A stretch of 64,000 nucleotides of DNA from a bacterium. Its GTDB lineage: Bacteria; Zhuqueibacterota; Zhuqueibacteria; Residuimicrobiales; Krinioviventaceae. Position 1 is the first letter of the stretch. The number at the start of each line of letters is the position of its first letter. Below, one piece after another: positions 41,572 to 51,687 of the stretch. The notes under the pieces were generated by a model. It had not been told where the DNA came from. It saw only the letters and a program-made list of their open reading frames with translations, and searched no databases. The stretch is from the NCBI GenBank assembly GCA_963693055.1, contig OY843751.1, forward strand, positions 5,920,001-5,984,000, written 5' to 3'. A program made the translations under genes and the position numbers.

Positions 41572-44500
41572 ATGAACAATATACTCCAAAAGCAATCTGC
41601 AAAAAAATATTACATTTTTTTATTAATACTTTTTTCAGTAATATTTTCATGTAAAGAAAAAGAATTAAAAGACTATGCCGCATTGGTTGATCCCATGATC
41701 GGGACTAACTGGAATGGTCACACATTTCCGGGAGCTACACTCCCTTTTGGCATGGTACAACTTTCACCTGATACAAAAGTGGGATTCTGGGACAAAGAAT
41801 CCGGCAATGATTATTCTGTAGGAATCTGGGACAATTGCTCAGGCTATCATTATTCTGACAGTACAATTATGGGATTTACACATACCCATTTCAGCGGTAC
41901 AGGCGGAGAAGGCGGTTCCGACATCATGTTCATGCCCACTGTTGGCGAACTGATGTTTACTCCCGGAGATACCCTGAATACAAAAACCGGTTACCGCTCA
42001 AGGTTTTCTCATGATAACGAATATGCATCACCCGGATATTATTCCGTACTATTGGATGACTATAACGTTCGGGTTGAGCTCACAGCAACCCAACGTGTTG
42101 GCTTGCATAAATATACGTTTCCACAGAGTAATGAATCCAATGTGATTTTAGATTTGGTTCATGGCAACAAAGATACTCCCGATAGTCTCTTTATCGAAAT
42201 TAAAGACAATAGATTACTGGGCTACCGGGCCGCCTCAGGCGGACTTGACGGTCCAAAGGCGATCTATTTCGTCGCAGAGTTTTCAAAACCTTTTGACTCA
42301 TTCGGCGTGGCAGTCAATGATATTATAAAGAACAACCTTACAACTGCCAAAGGTAAAAATATTAAAAGCTTTTTCAGATTTTCCACAGATAAAGACGAAC
42401 CTGTTCTACTCAAAGTTGCAATTTCCACAGTCAGCATTGATGGTGCAATTAAAAACATGAAAGCCGAGCTGCCTTATTGGGATTTTGAAAAAACCAAAAC
42501 ACTGGCCAGAAAAGCATGGAACAAAGAGTTAAACAAAATCGATATTAAAGTTGGTACACGGGAACAACAAAAAACATTCTATACCGCGCTTTATCATGCT
42601 TCTATTCATCCCAATATTTATATGGATGTTGACCGAAAATACCGTAGTACAGATAATAAAGTTTACACTGCGGACAAGAATTTTGACAACTATACCAACT
42701 TTTCTCTATGGGATACATTCCGGGGACTTCATCCGTTACAGACGATTATTAATACCGAAAAAACATCTCAATATATTAAAACATACATTGAACGATATGA
42801 ACACTCGCTCAATATGCCTATTATGGAATTTTCCGGTAACGAAAGATATTCAATGATTGGCTATCACTCACTACCTGTGGTGGCAGATGCTTATGCAAAA
42901 GGTATTCGTGATTACGATGTGGAAAAAGCTTATAAAGCCATGAAACAACTGTCCAATGCAAGTATACCTGGAAAAAAATACTATTTGCAGTATGGGTTTA
43001 TTCCTTATGAATTCGAAATAGCATCGGTTTCTTCCACTCTTGAATACAGTTTTGATGATTGGTGTGTATCGGTATTGGCCAAAGATTTCAATAAAGCAGA
43101 TTATGACCTATATAACCAACGCGGTCACTTTTATAAAAACCTGTTTAACCCTAAATACAACTTTATGGTCCCCAAAAGCAATAAATATGCATGGTACAAA
43201 AATTTCGATCCCATGCAAAGTTCACATCATTATACCGAAGCCAACGCGTATCAATATTCAACTTTTGCGATTCAGGATATTGAAAGCTTGATAGAGATGA
43301 TGGGTGGAGATAAAGCTTTTGAAAAATGGCTTGATGTTGCGTTTTCCACAAAAACCGATTTTGCAAAAATGACAATTGCAGATGTTACCGGATTAATCGG
43401 CCAGTATGCCCATGGTAACGAACCCAGCCATCACGTCTCATATCTGTACAACTATGTTGGTTCCGCATATAAAACACAAAAACTGGTCCGCCAAATTTTA
43501 ACAACATTGTATTCTGACAAGACAGATGGTATCAGCGGCAATGAAGATGCCGGACAAATGTCTGCATGGTATATTTTGAGCGCAATGGGATTTTACTCTG
43601 TCACTCCGGGTATGGATTACTTTGTTATTGGTAGTCCGTTGTTTGACAAGGTAACCATCAATTTAGAAAACGGTAAAAAGTTTACAGTTGTTGCAAATAA
43701 CAATTCAATCGACAATCCATATATTCAATCCGTTTCCTTGAATGGAAAGCCCTATCAAAAATCCTATTTAAAATATGAGGATATCATGCAGGGTTCTGAA
43801 ATTGTTTTTGAAATGGGTAACAAACCGAATTTCGACTGGGGCAAGGCTAAAGAAAACCGTCCCTATTCATTGAAATACAATGCCGTGGTTATGCCGCAAG
43901 TTACTTTTTCAAACAAAGTATTTCTTGATTACAGTTTAATTAAAATGACAACAGAAAATACAACTGCTGATATCAGATATACACTTGACGGAACAGAACC
44001 TGACCCATCTTCTACAAAATATACAGGGCCATTCAAAGTAAACGAATCTTCTGTAATCAAGGCCAAAACCTTTGTTCCGGGACAGGTACCAAGTTATACA
44101 ACTACTGTTTCCGTAAGAAAAACCGGACTTGAAGAACCACAAAATGTTTCCGGATTAAAGCCCGGAATCAAGTATTTATACCGTGAAGGATTATGCGCAG
44201 AAACGGCTGACCTGTTAAAATATCCGGTCAAAGATACAGGCGTTCTCCGTACGTTTAATGTCGATGCAATCAAAGACTCGAGGGTTTTTGGTTATAACCT
44301 GACCGGATATATAAATGTGCCTGAAAACGGTATTTATACATTTTATCTCGTATCCAATGATGGCGCAACGCTGTATGTAAACGATGAACTGATTGTTGAT
44401 AATGACGGCGCGCACGCTTCTTATGTTTTGTATGGACAAAAAGGCCTAAAGAAAGGTTTCCACAAAATTAAAGTCGATTATTTCCAGATGGGACGAGCCA

Positions 44501-44574
44501 AAGACCTTGTTGTCAGTTGGCAAAAAGATGATGGGAAAATTACAGAAATACCCGCAAAAGTTTTATTTCATTGA
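41572..44574 (+). CDS. GH92 alpha-mannosidase with Fn3-associated and PA14 domains (lipoprotein)
   Basis: GHTFPGA..PFGMVQLSPDT, FSLWDTFR, YAHGNEPSHH, GNEDAGQMSAWY; IRYTLDGTEP; SNDG...DNDG.H. Confidence 0.95.
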   Translation: MNNILQKQSAKKYYIFLLILFSVIFSCKEKELKDYAALVDPMIGTNWNGHTFPGATLPFGMVQLSPDTKVGFWDKESGNDYSVGIWDNCSGYHYSDSTIMGFTHTHFSGTGGEGGSDIMFMPTVGELMFTPGDTLNTKTGYRSRFSHDNEYASPGYYSVLLDDYNVRVELTATQRVGLHKYTFPQSNESNVILDLVHGNKDTPDSLFIEIKDNRLLGYRAASGGLDGPKAIYFVAEFSKPFDSFGVAVNDIIKNNLTTAKGKNIKSFFRFSTDKDEPVLLKVAISTVSIDGAIKNMKAELPYWDFEKTKTLARKAWNKELNKIDIKVGTREQQKTFYTALYHASIHPNIYMDVDRKYRSTDNKVYTADKNFDNYTNFSLWDTFRGLHPLQTIINTEKTSQYIKTYIERYEHSLNMPIMEFSGNERYSMIGYHSLPVVADAYAKGIRDYDVEKAYKAMKQLSNASIPGKKYYLQYGFIPYEFEIASVSSTLEYSFDDWCVSVLAKDFNKADYDLYNQRGHFYKNLFNPKYNFMVPKSNKYAWYKNFDPMQSSHHYTEANAYQYSTFAIQDIESLIEMMGGDKAFEKWLDVAFSTKTDFAKMTIADVTGLIGQYAHGNEPSHHVSYLYNYVGSAYKTQKLVRQILTTLYSDKTDGISGNEDAGQMSAWYILSAMGFYSVTPGMDYFVIGSPLFDKVTINLENGKKFTVVANNNSIDNPYIQSVSLNGKPYQKSYLKYEDIMQGSEIVFEMGNKPNFDWGKAKENRPYSLKYNAVVMPQVTFSNKVFLDYSLIKMTTENTTADIRYTLDGTEPDPSSTKYTGPFKVNESSVIKAKTFVPGQVPSYTTTVSVRKTGLEEPQNVSGLKPGIKYLYREGLCAETADLLKYPVKDTGVLRTFNVDAIKDSRVFGYNLTGYINVPENGIYTFYLVSNDGATLYVNDELIVDNDGAHASYVLYGQKGLKKGFHKIKVDYFQMGRAKDLVVSWQKDDGKITEIPAKVLFH

Positions 44575-44605
44575 AACGAATCATACTAACTAGAATGAGG
44601 ACCGA

Positions 44606-46753
44606 ATGAAATCTTTTAACATCATGATTTTTCGGAATAACCTGATCTACAGATTTATTGCAGTATTTTTGTTTTTATTCACAATCCAGTCTCCAGCTAA
44701 TGTTGTTGTGGATTTTGAGCATAATAGCTCTCCTGAAACGGTTTATACGGTTCATCTGCTAAAATATCATTTGACCAAACTCACGGGACATGCAAACCCG
44801 AATGATATTTCTGTTCATCTGGTGTTGGATCCATCATTGGCGGAATCTTGTGGAGATGAAGGGTACCAGTTGCATATATCTCCCGCTGATATAAACATCA
44901 AGGCCAGCACAGAAGCCGGACTGCTCTATGGCTCCGTAGCTCTTGTAGAGTGGGCCATTGCAAACAGCTCGGACTTTGATGATTATCAGCACGCCGATAT
45001 CGATTTTCCTGTCGTTGCCGGTCAGGCCGCTGAATTGTTTGAAAACCTCCCGGAAATTCAATTAAAAAGTAAACCCTTTTATCCATTGCGCTTTTTTGAA
45101 TTATCTAATTTCTCCATGGGTGTAGCGGATTTGATTGATACGGAAGTACTTGCCGAAAAAAACAATTATTACAGCGGCCATGAAGGAGGATTCAAGGATG
45201 CCGCCCATACCTGGAAAACCTGGTGCGACTGGTGCTCACGTCACAGGATCAACCGCCTGTCTAACTGGCCATACAGTACCGGCACAAACTGGTGGGACCT
45301 TGCCGTTGATCCTGCCACAAAGGGCATGAGTCAATTCTCAAATAACGAGATCATCAAAGCCGCAAAAGTACGTGAAGACCTGTTCAAATATGCTTCAAGC
45401 CGGGGCGTAAAACCCTATTTAATGAACTATTTAACCGGTTCCGCAACAACCACTATAGCCCAAAACCGTCCCGATCTTGTGGGTGTGCTCAGTAATGATG
45501 AACACCACAATGGCGCCATGTCTTTTTGCCATGCGGATGGAAGACTGACTAAAGTGTTTACCGCACAAATCCGGGCCATTTTGCGTACCTATCCTTCGCT
45601 TGCGGGAATTCACATCCGCTGGTGGGGAGAGTCTTTTCCCTGCCAATGTGATAATTGTCGTGGCAGACAGGGAGAACTGCAAAAAAAGCTGACGCTTGAA
45701 ATTATAGAGGCCGCTATTGATGAAAGACCAGACATAGAGATCCTGTTAAGCGGTCGGTTGTTTTTACATGGTTCGCAGGAATTTTGGGACAAGCTGCCCG
45801 ACAATGTGATTTTGCAAACCAAATGGGGACGCGACTGGGAACCCACTGCTGAACCGAATCTGGATTTTGAGGAAATCCGAAAAACAGGTCAACGCTTTCT
45901 GATCAGCCAGGCCCTGCCCAGTGAAGAAGTCTCTCCTTTTGGAAATGTACAATATCTGCCCTATCAGGACGGTGTTAAAAAATATGCCGCTTCTGACAAG
46001 GCACCCAATATCAACGGATTCAGTATTGTATCGGCTGAGAAGGATTTTGGCTGGATCACAGAAACCAACTTTCTTGCTATGGCCAAACTAAACTGGGCCC
46101 CCTTACAAACCCATGTTGAAGATCTGATTGGTAACTATCTCGAATCCACCTATGGTGATGCCAGTGAAGCGATATATAAATCCCTCGAATTGAACCAAAA
46201 TGCCTGGAAAGAATTCTGTGTTGATTTTGACGGAATTACACTGTATAAAGATTATTATCGTTTGGCCTGGATGTTTGGGTTGGACAGTCTGAAAACAGCA
46301 AAACCGGAGGAACTGGCCAGGAACATTAAACGCATTGAAAAGCATTCCCAAATGATGGCACAAGCACTCTTTTTACTGGAGAGCAATCGGAACCATGTAA
46401 CGCCTACAGCACTGCCGGCCTTTAACGATATGGTTCACGGCACACAACTCTTTACCGAGTTTTTCACCTCCAGATTATTACTAGCTGAAGCTTTTTCTCA
46501 TAAACATCGTCAGGAAACTGAAAAGATGAGAAAAAAACTCGGGCTGGTCCTGGAATCTGACAAACGCCTGGTAAAGCTGGCATTATCCAAACCCAATATT
46601 GCGGATGATTTTGAAATGGAGGGCATGGTCAGCGCCACAAATTTTTTTCGCGATACTATTTATATGAAAACCGGTGCATGGGATTTTCTCCATAACCGGG
46701 TTTTTAATGAAATGGACGAAATTGAAAAAATGATTCAACAGCTTGAGAATTGA
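44606..46753 (+). CDS. Secreted glycoside-hydrolase-like protein of unassigned family
   Basis: Signal peptide; EGYQL...I.A....GLLYG (GH20/GH67 N-terminal domain motif); putative TIM barrel with CQCDNC. Confidence 0.55.
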   Translation: MKSFNIMIFRNNLIYRFIAVFLFLFTIQSPANVVVDFEHNSSPETVYTVHLLKYHLTKLTGHANPNDISVHLVLDPSLAESCGDEGYQLHISPADINIKASTEAGLLYGSVALVEWAIANSSDFDDYQHADIDFPVVAGQAAELFENLPEIQLKSKPFYPLRFFELSNFSMGVADLIDTEVLAEKNNYYSGHEGGFKDAAHTWKTWCDWCSRHRINRLSNWPYSTGTNWWDLAVDPATKGMSQFSNNEIIKAAKVREDLFKYASSRGVKPYLMNYLTGSATTTIAQNRPDLVGVLSNDEHHNGAMSFCHADGRLTKVFTAQIRAILRTYPSLAGIHIRWWGESFPCQCDNCRGRQGELQKKLTLEIIEAAIDERPDIEILLSGRLFLHGSQEFWDKLPDNVILQTKWGRDWEPTAEPNLDFEEIRKTGQRFLISQALPSEEVSPFGNVQYLPYQDGVKKYAASDKAPNINGFSIVSAEKDFGWITETNFLAMAKLNWAPLQTHVEDLIGNYLESTYGDASEAIYKSLELNQNAWKEFCVDFDGITLYKDYYRLAWMFGLDSLKTAKPEELARNIKRIEKHSQMMAQALFLLESNRNHVTPTALPAFNDMVHGTQLFTEFFTSRLLLAEAFSHKHRQETEKMRKKLGLVLESDKRLVKLALSKPNIADDFEMEGMVSATNFFRDTIYMKTGAWDFLHNRVFNEMDEIEKMIQQLEN

Positions 46754-46770
46754 TTCATTTTAACCTTTTT

Positions 46771-46807
46771 ATAATATCCCCCAGTATACTGCTACGGGGG
46801 ATATTAT
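46771..46807. terminator. Hairpin (probable terminator)
   Basis: 12-bp perfect stem ATAATATCCCCC / GGGGGATATTAT after the stop at 46753. Confidence 0.65.
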
Positions 46808-46872
46808 CCTATTGACTTTTTAATCCGGGTTTAATATTTTCCAATATCCCAATCACAAAATCCGGATAAATC

Positions 46873-47652
46873 ATGATACTCCTTGAAGCAAATAAAACAA
46901 AAAAATTTGTTGCGATCCTTTCTGAAAACAAACTACCTCTCCCCCGACATCAGATATCTCAGTCATTCATTGATGGCATTTATGGGAAAGCATACATTGG
47001 CGATTCCGGTTCTGCAGTAATTGTGGGGGACTTTGTTGAACTTGCAGGGGCATTCGATCAAAAGATTTATAATAAAATAGCCGAAATCCAGGAAGCACAC
47101 CTTTATGATCCTCCTAAATCATGGTTGACAGAGATTCAAAAGCGCTATAACGGAAAGCTGGAAGCATATACAAGAATGGCTTTCCATCCCATGACTGCTG
47201 AAAACGCGGCAAAAGCCGGATCGAGCATACAAGAAGAAACTTCGTTGGTCCTGGAAGGCCAGCCGGTTGCAATCAAACCCATCGATGATTCATTGGTATC
47301 AGCTCTATACTCGGAAGAATGGTCCATGGATCTGGTAGCCAATACAATGCTCCATAACGAAAACGATTTACAGGGCTTTGGATTTGCAGCAACCATCGGC
47401 AATAAAATCATAGGCGGCATTGGCTGCTATACGTTTTACCGCAAAGGTATCGAGATCCAGGTGGATACCCGCGAAGGGTATCGTCGTCAAGGAATCGCCA
47501 CACGGGTGGCCCGCCGCATGCTGACCGAATGCGGCCGCCGTAACCTGGAATGCCACTGGGACGCCATGAACGCAGAGTCCACACGACTCGCTGAAAAACT
47601 GGGATTTGTAAAAATGAAAGAATACCCTTGTATTATGATGTCCCATGAATAA
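46873..47652 (+). CDS. GNAT family N-acetyltransferase
   Basis: EIQVDT...YRRQGIA, WDAMN..S..LAEKLGF. Confidence 0.88.
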   Translation: MILLEANKTKKFVAILSENKLPLPRHQISQSFIDGIYGKAYIGDSGSAVIVGDFVELAGAFDQKIYNKIAEIQEAHLYDPPKSWLTEIQKRYNGKLEAYTRMAFHPMTAENAAKAGSSIQEETSLVLEGQPVAIKPIDDSLVSALYSEEWSMDLVANTMLHNENDLQGFGFAATIGNKIIGGIGCYTFYRKGIEIQVDTREGYRRQGIATRVARRMLTECGRRNLECHWDAMNAESTRLAEKLGFVKMKEYPCIMMSHE

Positions 47653-47676
47653 ATAAAAATCACTGGAGAACCACAG

Positions 47677-48165
47677 TTGATAATTATTGAAGCTGTGTTA
47701 ATGGGGATATTTGCAACATTCGTTATGGATTTTTTGGCTGGAATGCTTGCCAAAAGAAAACTCGTCTATCCATTTATTTCTCAGGAAGCTATGGGCAGAT
47801 GGTTCCTTTATATATTTAAAGGCAAATTAGTTCATAAAGATATTAACAACAGCCCGAAATTTAAGAATGAAAAACTTTGGTGCTTGATATCTCATTACCT
47901 AATTGGAATTGCACTTGCCGGAGTATATTTGATACTTGAATACAAAGTGGCACTTTTTCAAGAATTTGTTTGGATGTCATTGGTTTTTGGAATTGCTACA
48001 ATTTGCTTTCCCTGGTTTTGGTTGCTTCCTTCTATCGGTATGGGTTTTATGGCTTCAAAATCACCACATCGATCAAAAATTTTGAGAACCAATCTTATAA
48101 ATCACACAAACTTTGGTCTTGGACTTTTTATATGGATTGTCTTACCTCTCCGTTTCTTCATCTAG
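47677..48165 (+). CDS. DUF2938-family membrane protein
   Basis: GI.AT..MD, GRW, HY.IG, PW....P..G.G, H..FG.GL. Confidence 0.75.
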   Translation: MIIIEAVLMGIFATFVMDFLAGMLAKRKLVYPFISQEAMGRWFLYIFKGKLVHKDINNSPKFKNEKLWCLISHYLIGIALAGVYLILEYKVALFQEFVWMSLVFGIATICFPWFWLLPSIGMGFMASKSPHRSKILRTNLINHTNFGLGLFIWIVLPLRFFI

Positions 48166-48469
48166 AGAATAGCTTTAATCAAACCATATAAAAATTCGTC
48201 GAATAAAATTAATATAAATACCAGATCAAATTGGAACAGATCCTGAACAATCTAAAAGGTGAGGTCATATCAATTATCCCCAATATTACAAAAACCAGCA
48301 TGTTTCAGATATTCAGAGTAACCCGGAAAAATTTCTCTGCCAGATGTGGAAAAAAAAGCACAATTGCAATTCAATATTCGTATATTCTAAATATAAAAAT
48401 TTAATTATACAAAACAACTGCGTTAATCGGTTCTCAAAAGTAAATTAGAAAAGATATTGGAGTACAAAC

Positions 48470-49309
48470 ATGGAGCGTCGTAAATTATTTAAAATATTTG
48501 GCGGAGCAATCGTAGGGGGTGGAGCTGTGGGTGTTGTCACTCTCACTACTGCTTTTAAGCCAAATGTTTCACCTGCAGAATCTGCCAAAAAACTGACCCG
48601 TAATGAGGGAGAACAATCCTGGCCCTATAGTCAATTAGATCCTTTAGCTGCAGCCGAGTTGGCATATAATAGCTATGACGAGGGAAGTTGTATGTACGCC
48701 ACCTTTAAAAGCGTCGTATCTAAACTGGCTGATCAAGTGGGTGAGCCATTTAGTAATTTCCCCTGCGAGATGATGAAATACGGACACGGAGGTATTGGTG
48801 GATATGGTACGGTGTGTGGTGCACTAAATGGAGCGGCCGCCCTTATTGGCTTGTTAGTAAAAGACAAGAAAAATCAAGACTATCTGATAGAAAATTTGTA
48901 TCAATGGTACGAAAAAACCCCACTTCCTCAATTTAGTCCAAAAAATCCTTTACTTGAATTCACTCCACCTACGTCAATCTCTAATTCTGTGCTATGCCAT
49001 GCTTCCACCACAAACTGGAGTAATACAAGTGGATATGCAATTAAATCTATAGAACAAAAGGAACGCTGCCGCAGGTTGACCGCAGATGTGGTCTACCATA
49101 CAGTTACCATGCTTAATCAATTTTTTAACAATGACTTTATGACATCCGGCAATGCGAACGAACCCGTTACAACATGTATAACCTGTCATGGAAAAGAAGG
49201 TAAAGTGGCAAATATAAGCAGCAAGATGAATTGCACACCATGCCATTCGGAATCTGTGGGACATAAACTCTTTGCTGATATTCATTACAAGCTTATGAAA
49301 AAGAAATAA
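48470..49309 (+). CDS. Split-Soret cytochrome c-like protein (C-GCAxxG-C-C domain plus two haem motifs), Tat-exported
   Basis: ERRKLF Tat-like signal; YGHGG..G.GTVCGALNGA, SVLCH, ERCRRL; CITCH and CTPCH. Confidence 0.8.
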   Translation: MERRKLFKIFGGAIVGGGAVGVVTLTTAFKPNVSPAESAKKLTRNEGEQSWPYSQLDPLAAAELAYNSYDEGSCMYATFKSVVSKLADQVGEPFSNFPCEMMKYGHGGIGGYGTVCGALNGAAALIGLLVKDKKNQDYLIENLYQWYEKTPLPQFSPKNPLLEFTPPTSISNSVLCHASTTNWSNTSGYAIKSIEQKERCRRLTADVVYHTVTMLNQFFNNDFMTSGNANEPVTTCITCHGKEGKVANISSKMNCTPCHSESVGHKLFADIHYKLMKKK

Positions 49310-49319
49310 AAATCCCTGG

Positions 49320-49338
49320 CCCGGCCCTCGTGGCCGGG
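49320..49338. repeat. 18-bp GC-rich palindrome, copy 1
   Basis: CCGGCCCTCGTGGCCGGG (49321-49338), identical at 63390-63407. Confidence 0.75.
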
Positions 49339-49547
49339 GCTGATGCCTCTAAATTATAAAAAAGAACCCTATTAACACTTTTCATCAAGTCAAAAACCGT
49401 TTGCTTTCATTTTCTTAAATTTGTATACTATTCTGTCAGATAATTTGTCAATAGCCGGGCCAAGCCCTTTCTTTAATATCTCCATGGGTAAAAACTCTTT
49501 TCCAATCAACATCTATCACTTTTAGATTATAATTCAAGTAGGATAAT

Positions 49548-50693
49548 TTGAAAAAATTGTTACTGACCATTTTATTGGCAGGTTTATGTAATATGGTGTT
49601 GGCACAGACCAATATCATGGATAACACAAATAATCTTGCTAAAGACCCCACCAACATGGATCAACTCCATGAGGGTGATATTGCTATCGTCTTTACCACA
49701 AATGCCACGCCATACGATTTATACAGTGCAACTCTGGTGCTATATAATTTTTCGCCAACGATTTCGGATGTCACATTTAGTATAAAGCTGGCAGATGGTA
49801 GTAATGTGCCAACAGGCTCTGTTTTAGCCTCTGAAACCTTTAATAATCAAGCAATTCCATCTACTGCGGCTTATAAAACTTTTACTTTTTCCACTTTAAA
49901 CAGCTACGCCTTTGATGCAAATACAAAGTACGCGCTAGTGGTAAGTACAACCGGGACTGCGTATAAGATTGATTGTGACGGTGTATTGCTGCCAACATCA
50001 AGTTATTATTCGGTTAACCGTACCTTACTTTATGATACGAGTTGGAACGATTTTAATTATTTTGCAATCCGGGTTATGGGCACTGAAGGCTCTCTTCCAG
50101 TAGAGCTTTCTACCTTTACAGCGAGCAGCAATGGCTCATCTGTGAATTTAGCGTGGGCAACCGAATCCGAAACAGACAACCTCGGATTCATTCTTGAACG
50201 CTCGAATGATAATAATTCGTGGCAAACCATTGCCTCATACCAGACCCATCCTGCCCTTAAAGGACAAGGTAACACATCGGATCGAACAAATTACTCTTTT
50301 ACAGACAAGATGGTAGAACCCGGTAATACTTATTTTTATCGTCTCTCGGATATCAGCACAAAAGGTGAAACCTCGGATTACACTTCTTTATCCGTTAAAG
50401 TGGACAAACTTCCGGAAACTACCGAAATGGAAAATGCGTATCCCAACCCATTCAATCCACAGACAAAGATTGCTTACAATCTGGCAATTGACACAAATGT
50501 AAACATAACCGTGTTCGACCTGTTGGGACGACAGGTGAAATCCCTTTTTAATGGAAACCAGACTGCCGGCAGTCATCATGTCTACTGGAATGCGATGAAT
50601 GAAACCGGCAGCACTGTCCCCAGCGGTTGTTACTTTATCCGGATGCAAACAGAAAACTCTACACAGATGCAAAAAGTCCTGTTGATGAAATAA
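49548..50693 (+). CDS. Secreted beta-sandwich protein with LPVEL linker and FlgD-Ig/T9SS-type C-terminal domain, paralog A
   Basis: Signal peptide, LPVELS.F, W.TESE.DNLGF, AYPNPFNP...DLLGR.V...W...SG.Y; gapless paralog of 54508-55653. Confidence 0.85.
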   Translation: MKKLLLTILLAGLCNMVLAQTNIMDNTNNLAKDPTNMDQLHEGDIAIVFTTNATPYDLYSATLVLYNFSPTISDVTFSIKLADGSNVPTGSVLASETFNNQAIPSTAAYKTFTFSTLNSYAFDANTKYALVVSTTGTAYKIDCDGVLLPTSSYYSVNRTLLYDTSWNDFNYFAIRVMGTEGSLPVELSTFTASSNGSSVNLAWATESETDNLGFILERSNDNNSWQTIASYQTHPALKGQGNTSDRTNYSFTDKMVEPGNTYFYRLSDISTKGETSDYTSLSVKVDKLPETTEMENAYPNPFNPQTKIAYNLAIDTNVNITVFDLLGRQVKSLFNGNQTAGSHHVYWNAMNETGSTVPSGCYFIRMQTENSTQMQKVLLMK

Positions 50694-50729
50694 GGGATTA
50701 TTACAAAACGGTCGCCAATTTAATTTACA

Positions 50730-50760
50730 GATCGTGACGGAGATGATCTTCGTCACGATC
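50730..50760 (+). repeat. 31-bp REP-like palindrome, copy 1
   Basis: GATCGTGACGGAGATGATCTTCGTCACGATC. Confidence 0.9.
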
Positions 50761-50845
50761 TTAATAAAAAGAAATTTCTCATAGATTTTCCCCTGATAAC
50801 CAAAATGTTTATACGATGCATTTTAAATGATCAAAATAATTCCCG

Positions 50846-51202
50846 TCACATTCTTAAATCCAAATCCAGTACAATTTTAATATTTTCTATCACTTTTGAG
50901 ATTTTTTATGCTGGTAACATCCCAACTCTTTTTATCAATCTTTTATTATCAATAGCTCTTATCTGATCAATCATTAAATCGCAATTCTCGTTTACATTTG
51001 CTGTGCCTCTTTCAATATGTACCCGCAAAACATCTGATTTTATTGTAACCTTTGTAGTTATTGGGCAAATAATTGTAGAGAGATGATCAACTTTATTCAA
51101 CAGGTCTGTCAGTAATATAGCTACCGGTCTTGTTTTACCGGGTTCTGTACTTATCTGAGGATTTAGATCAGCTATCCAAATTTCGTATTGCTTAACCGTC
51201 AT
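50846..51202 (-). pseudogene. MazF/PemK toxin with premature stop
   Basis: EIWIADLNP...EPGKTRP, ICPITT, DQIRAID. TAA at 50906-50908 is followed in frame by KISKVIENIKIVLDL, the expected final helix. Confidence 0.8.
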
Positions 51203-51421
51203 AATCTATATCCTCAAACTCTTTTAATACTGTCACAGATTCGTCCCTGACAAATAAAGATTCCTTTGCAAGATTTTCCTCTATAATTTTTCGCTTTTGC
51301 AGCTTGTTGTAAAGTTCAATAGCCTCATTAATATATCGATTTCCGGGCTTTTTATGTCTGTTACTATTTGTTCAACATCTACAAAAATATCATCATCAAG
51401 CTTTAACGATATAGTTTTCAT
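51192..51421 (-). pseudogene. Cognate RHH-type antitoxin, frameshifted
   Basis: MKTISLKLDDDIF... shifts frame near the T5 run at 51349-51353. The other frame gives NRYINEAIELYNKLQKRKIIEENLAKES...EFEDIDYDG*, overlapping the toxin start. Confidence 0.75.
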
Positions 51422-51687
51422 AGTATATCCTTTCAGTATATACATAACTGACAAAAATTAAGGCATACGAATTATAATAAAAAGTCAATATTAATTTTAC
51501 AAAAACCTGATTAGCAAAAGTATTCACTTCGACATCCGAAACTGTACGAAAAAATGTTTATTTTATTGCGATGAGACGAGATATTGTATATATTAAAGAG
51601 TATATGTATTTTAAAAATTTAACAGTTCATCAATGCAAACATAATTAATCTCAACATAATTTTCAATCCAAATTTAAAGGATCGAAT

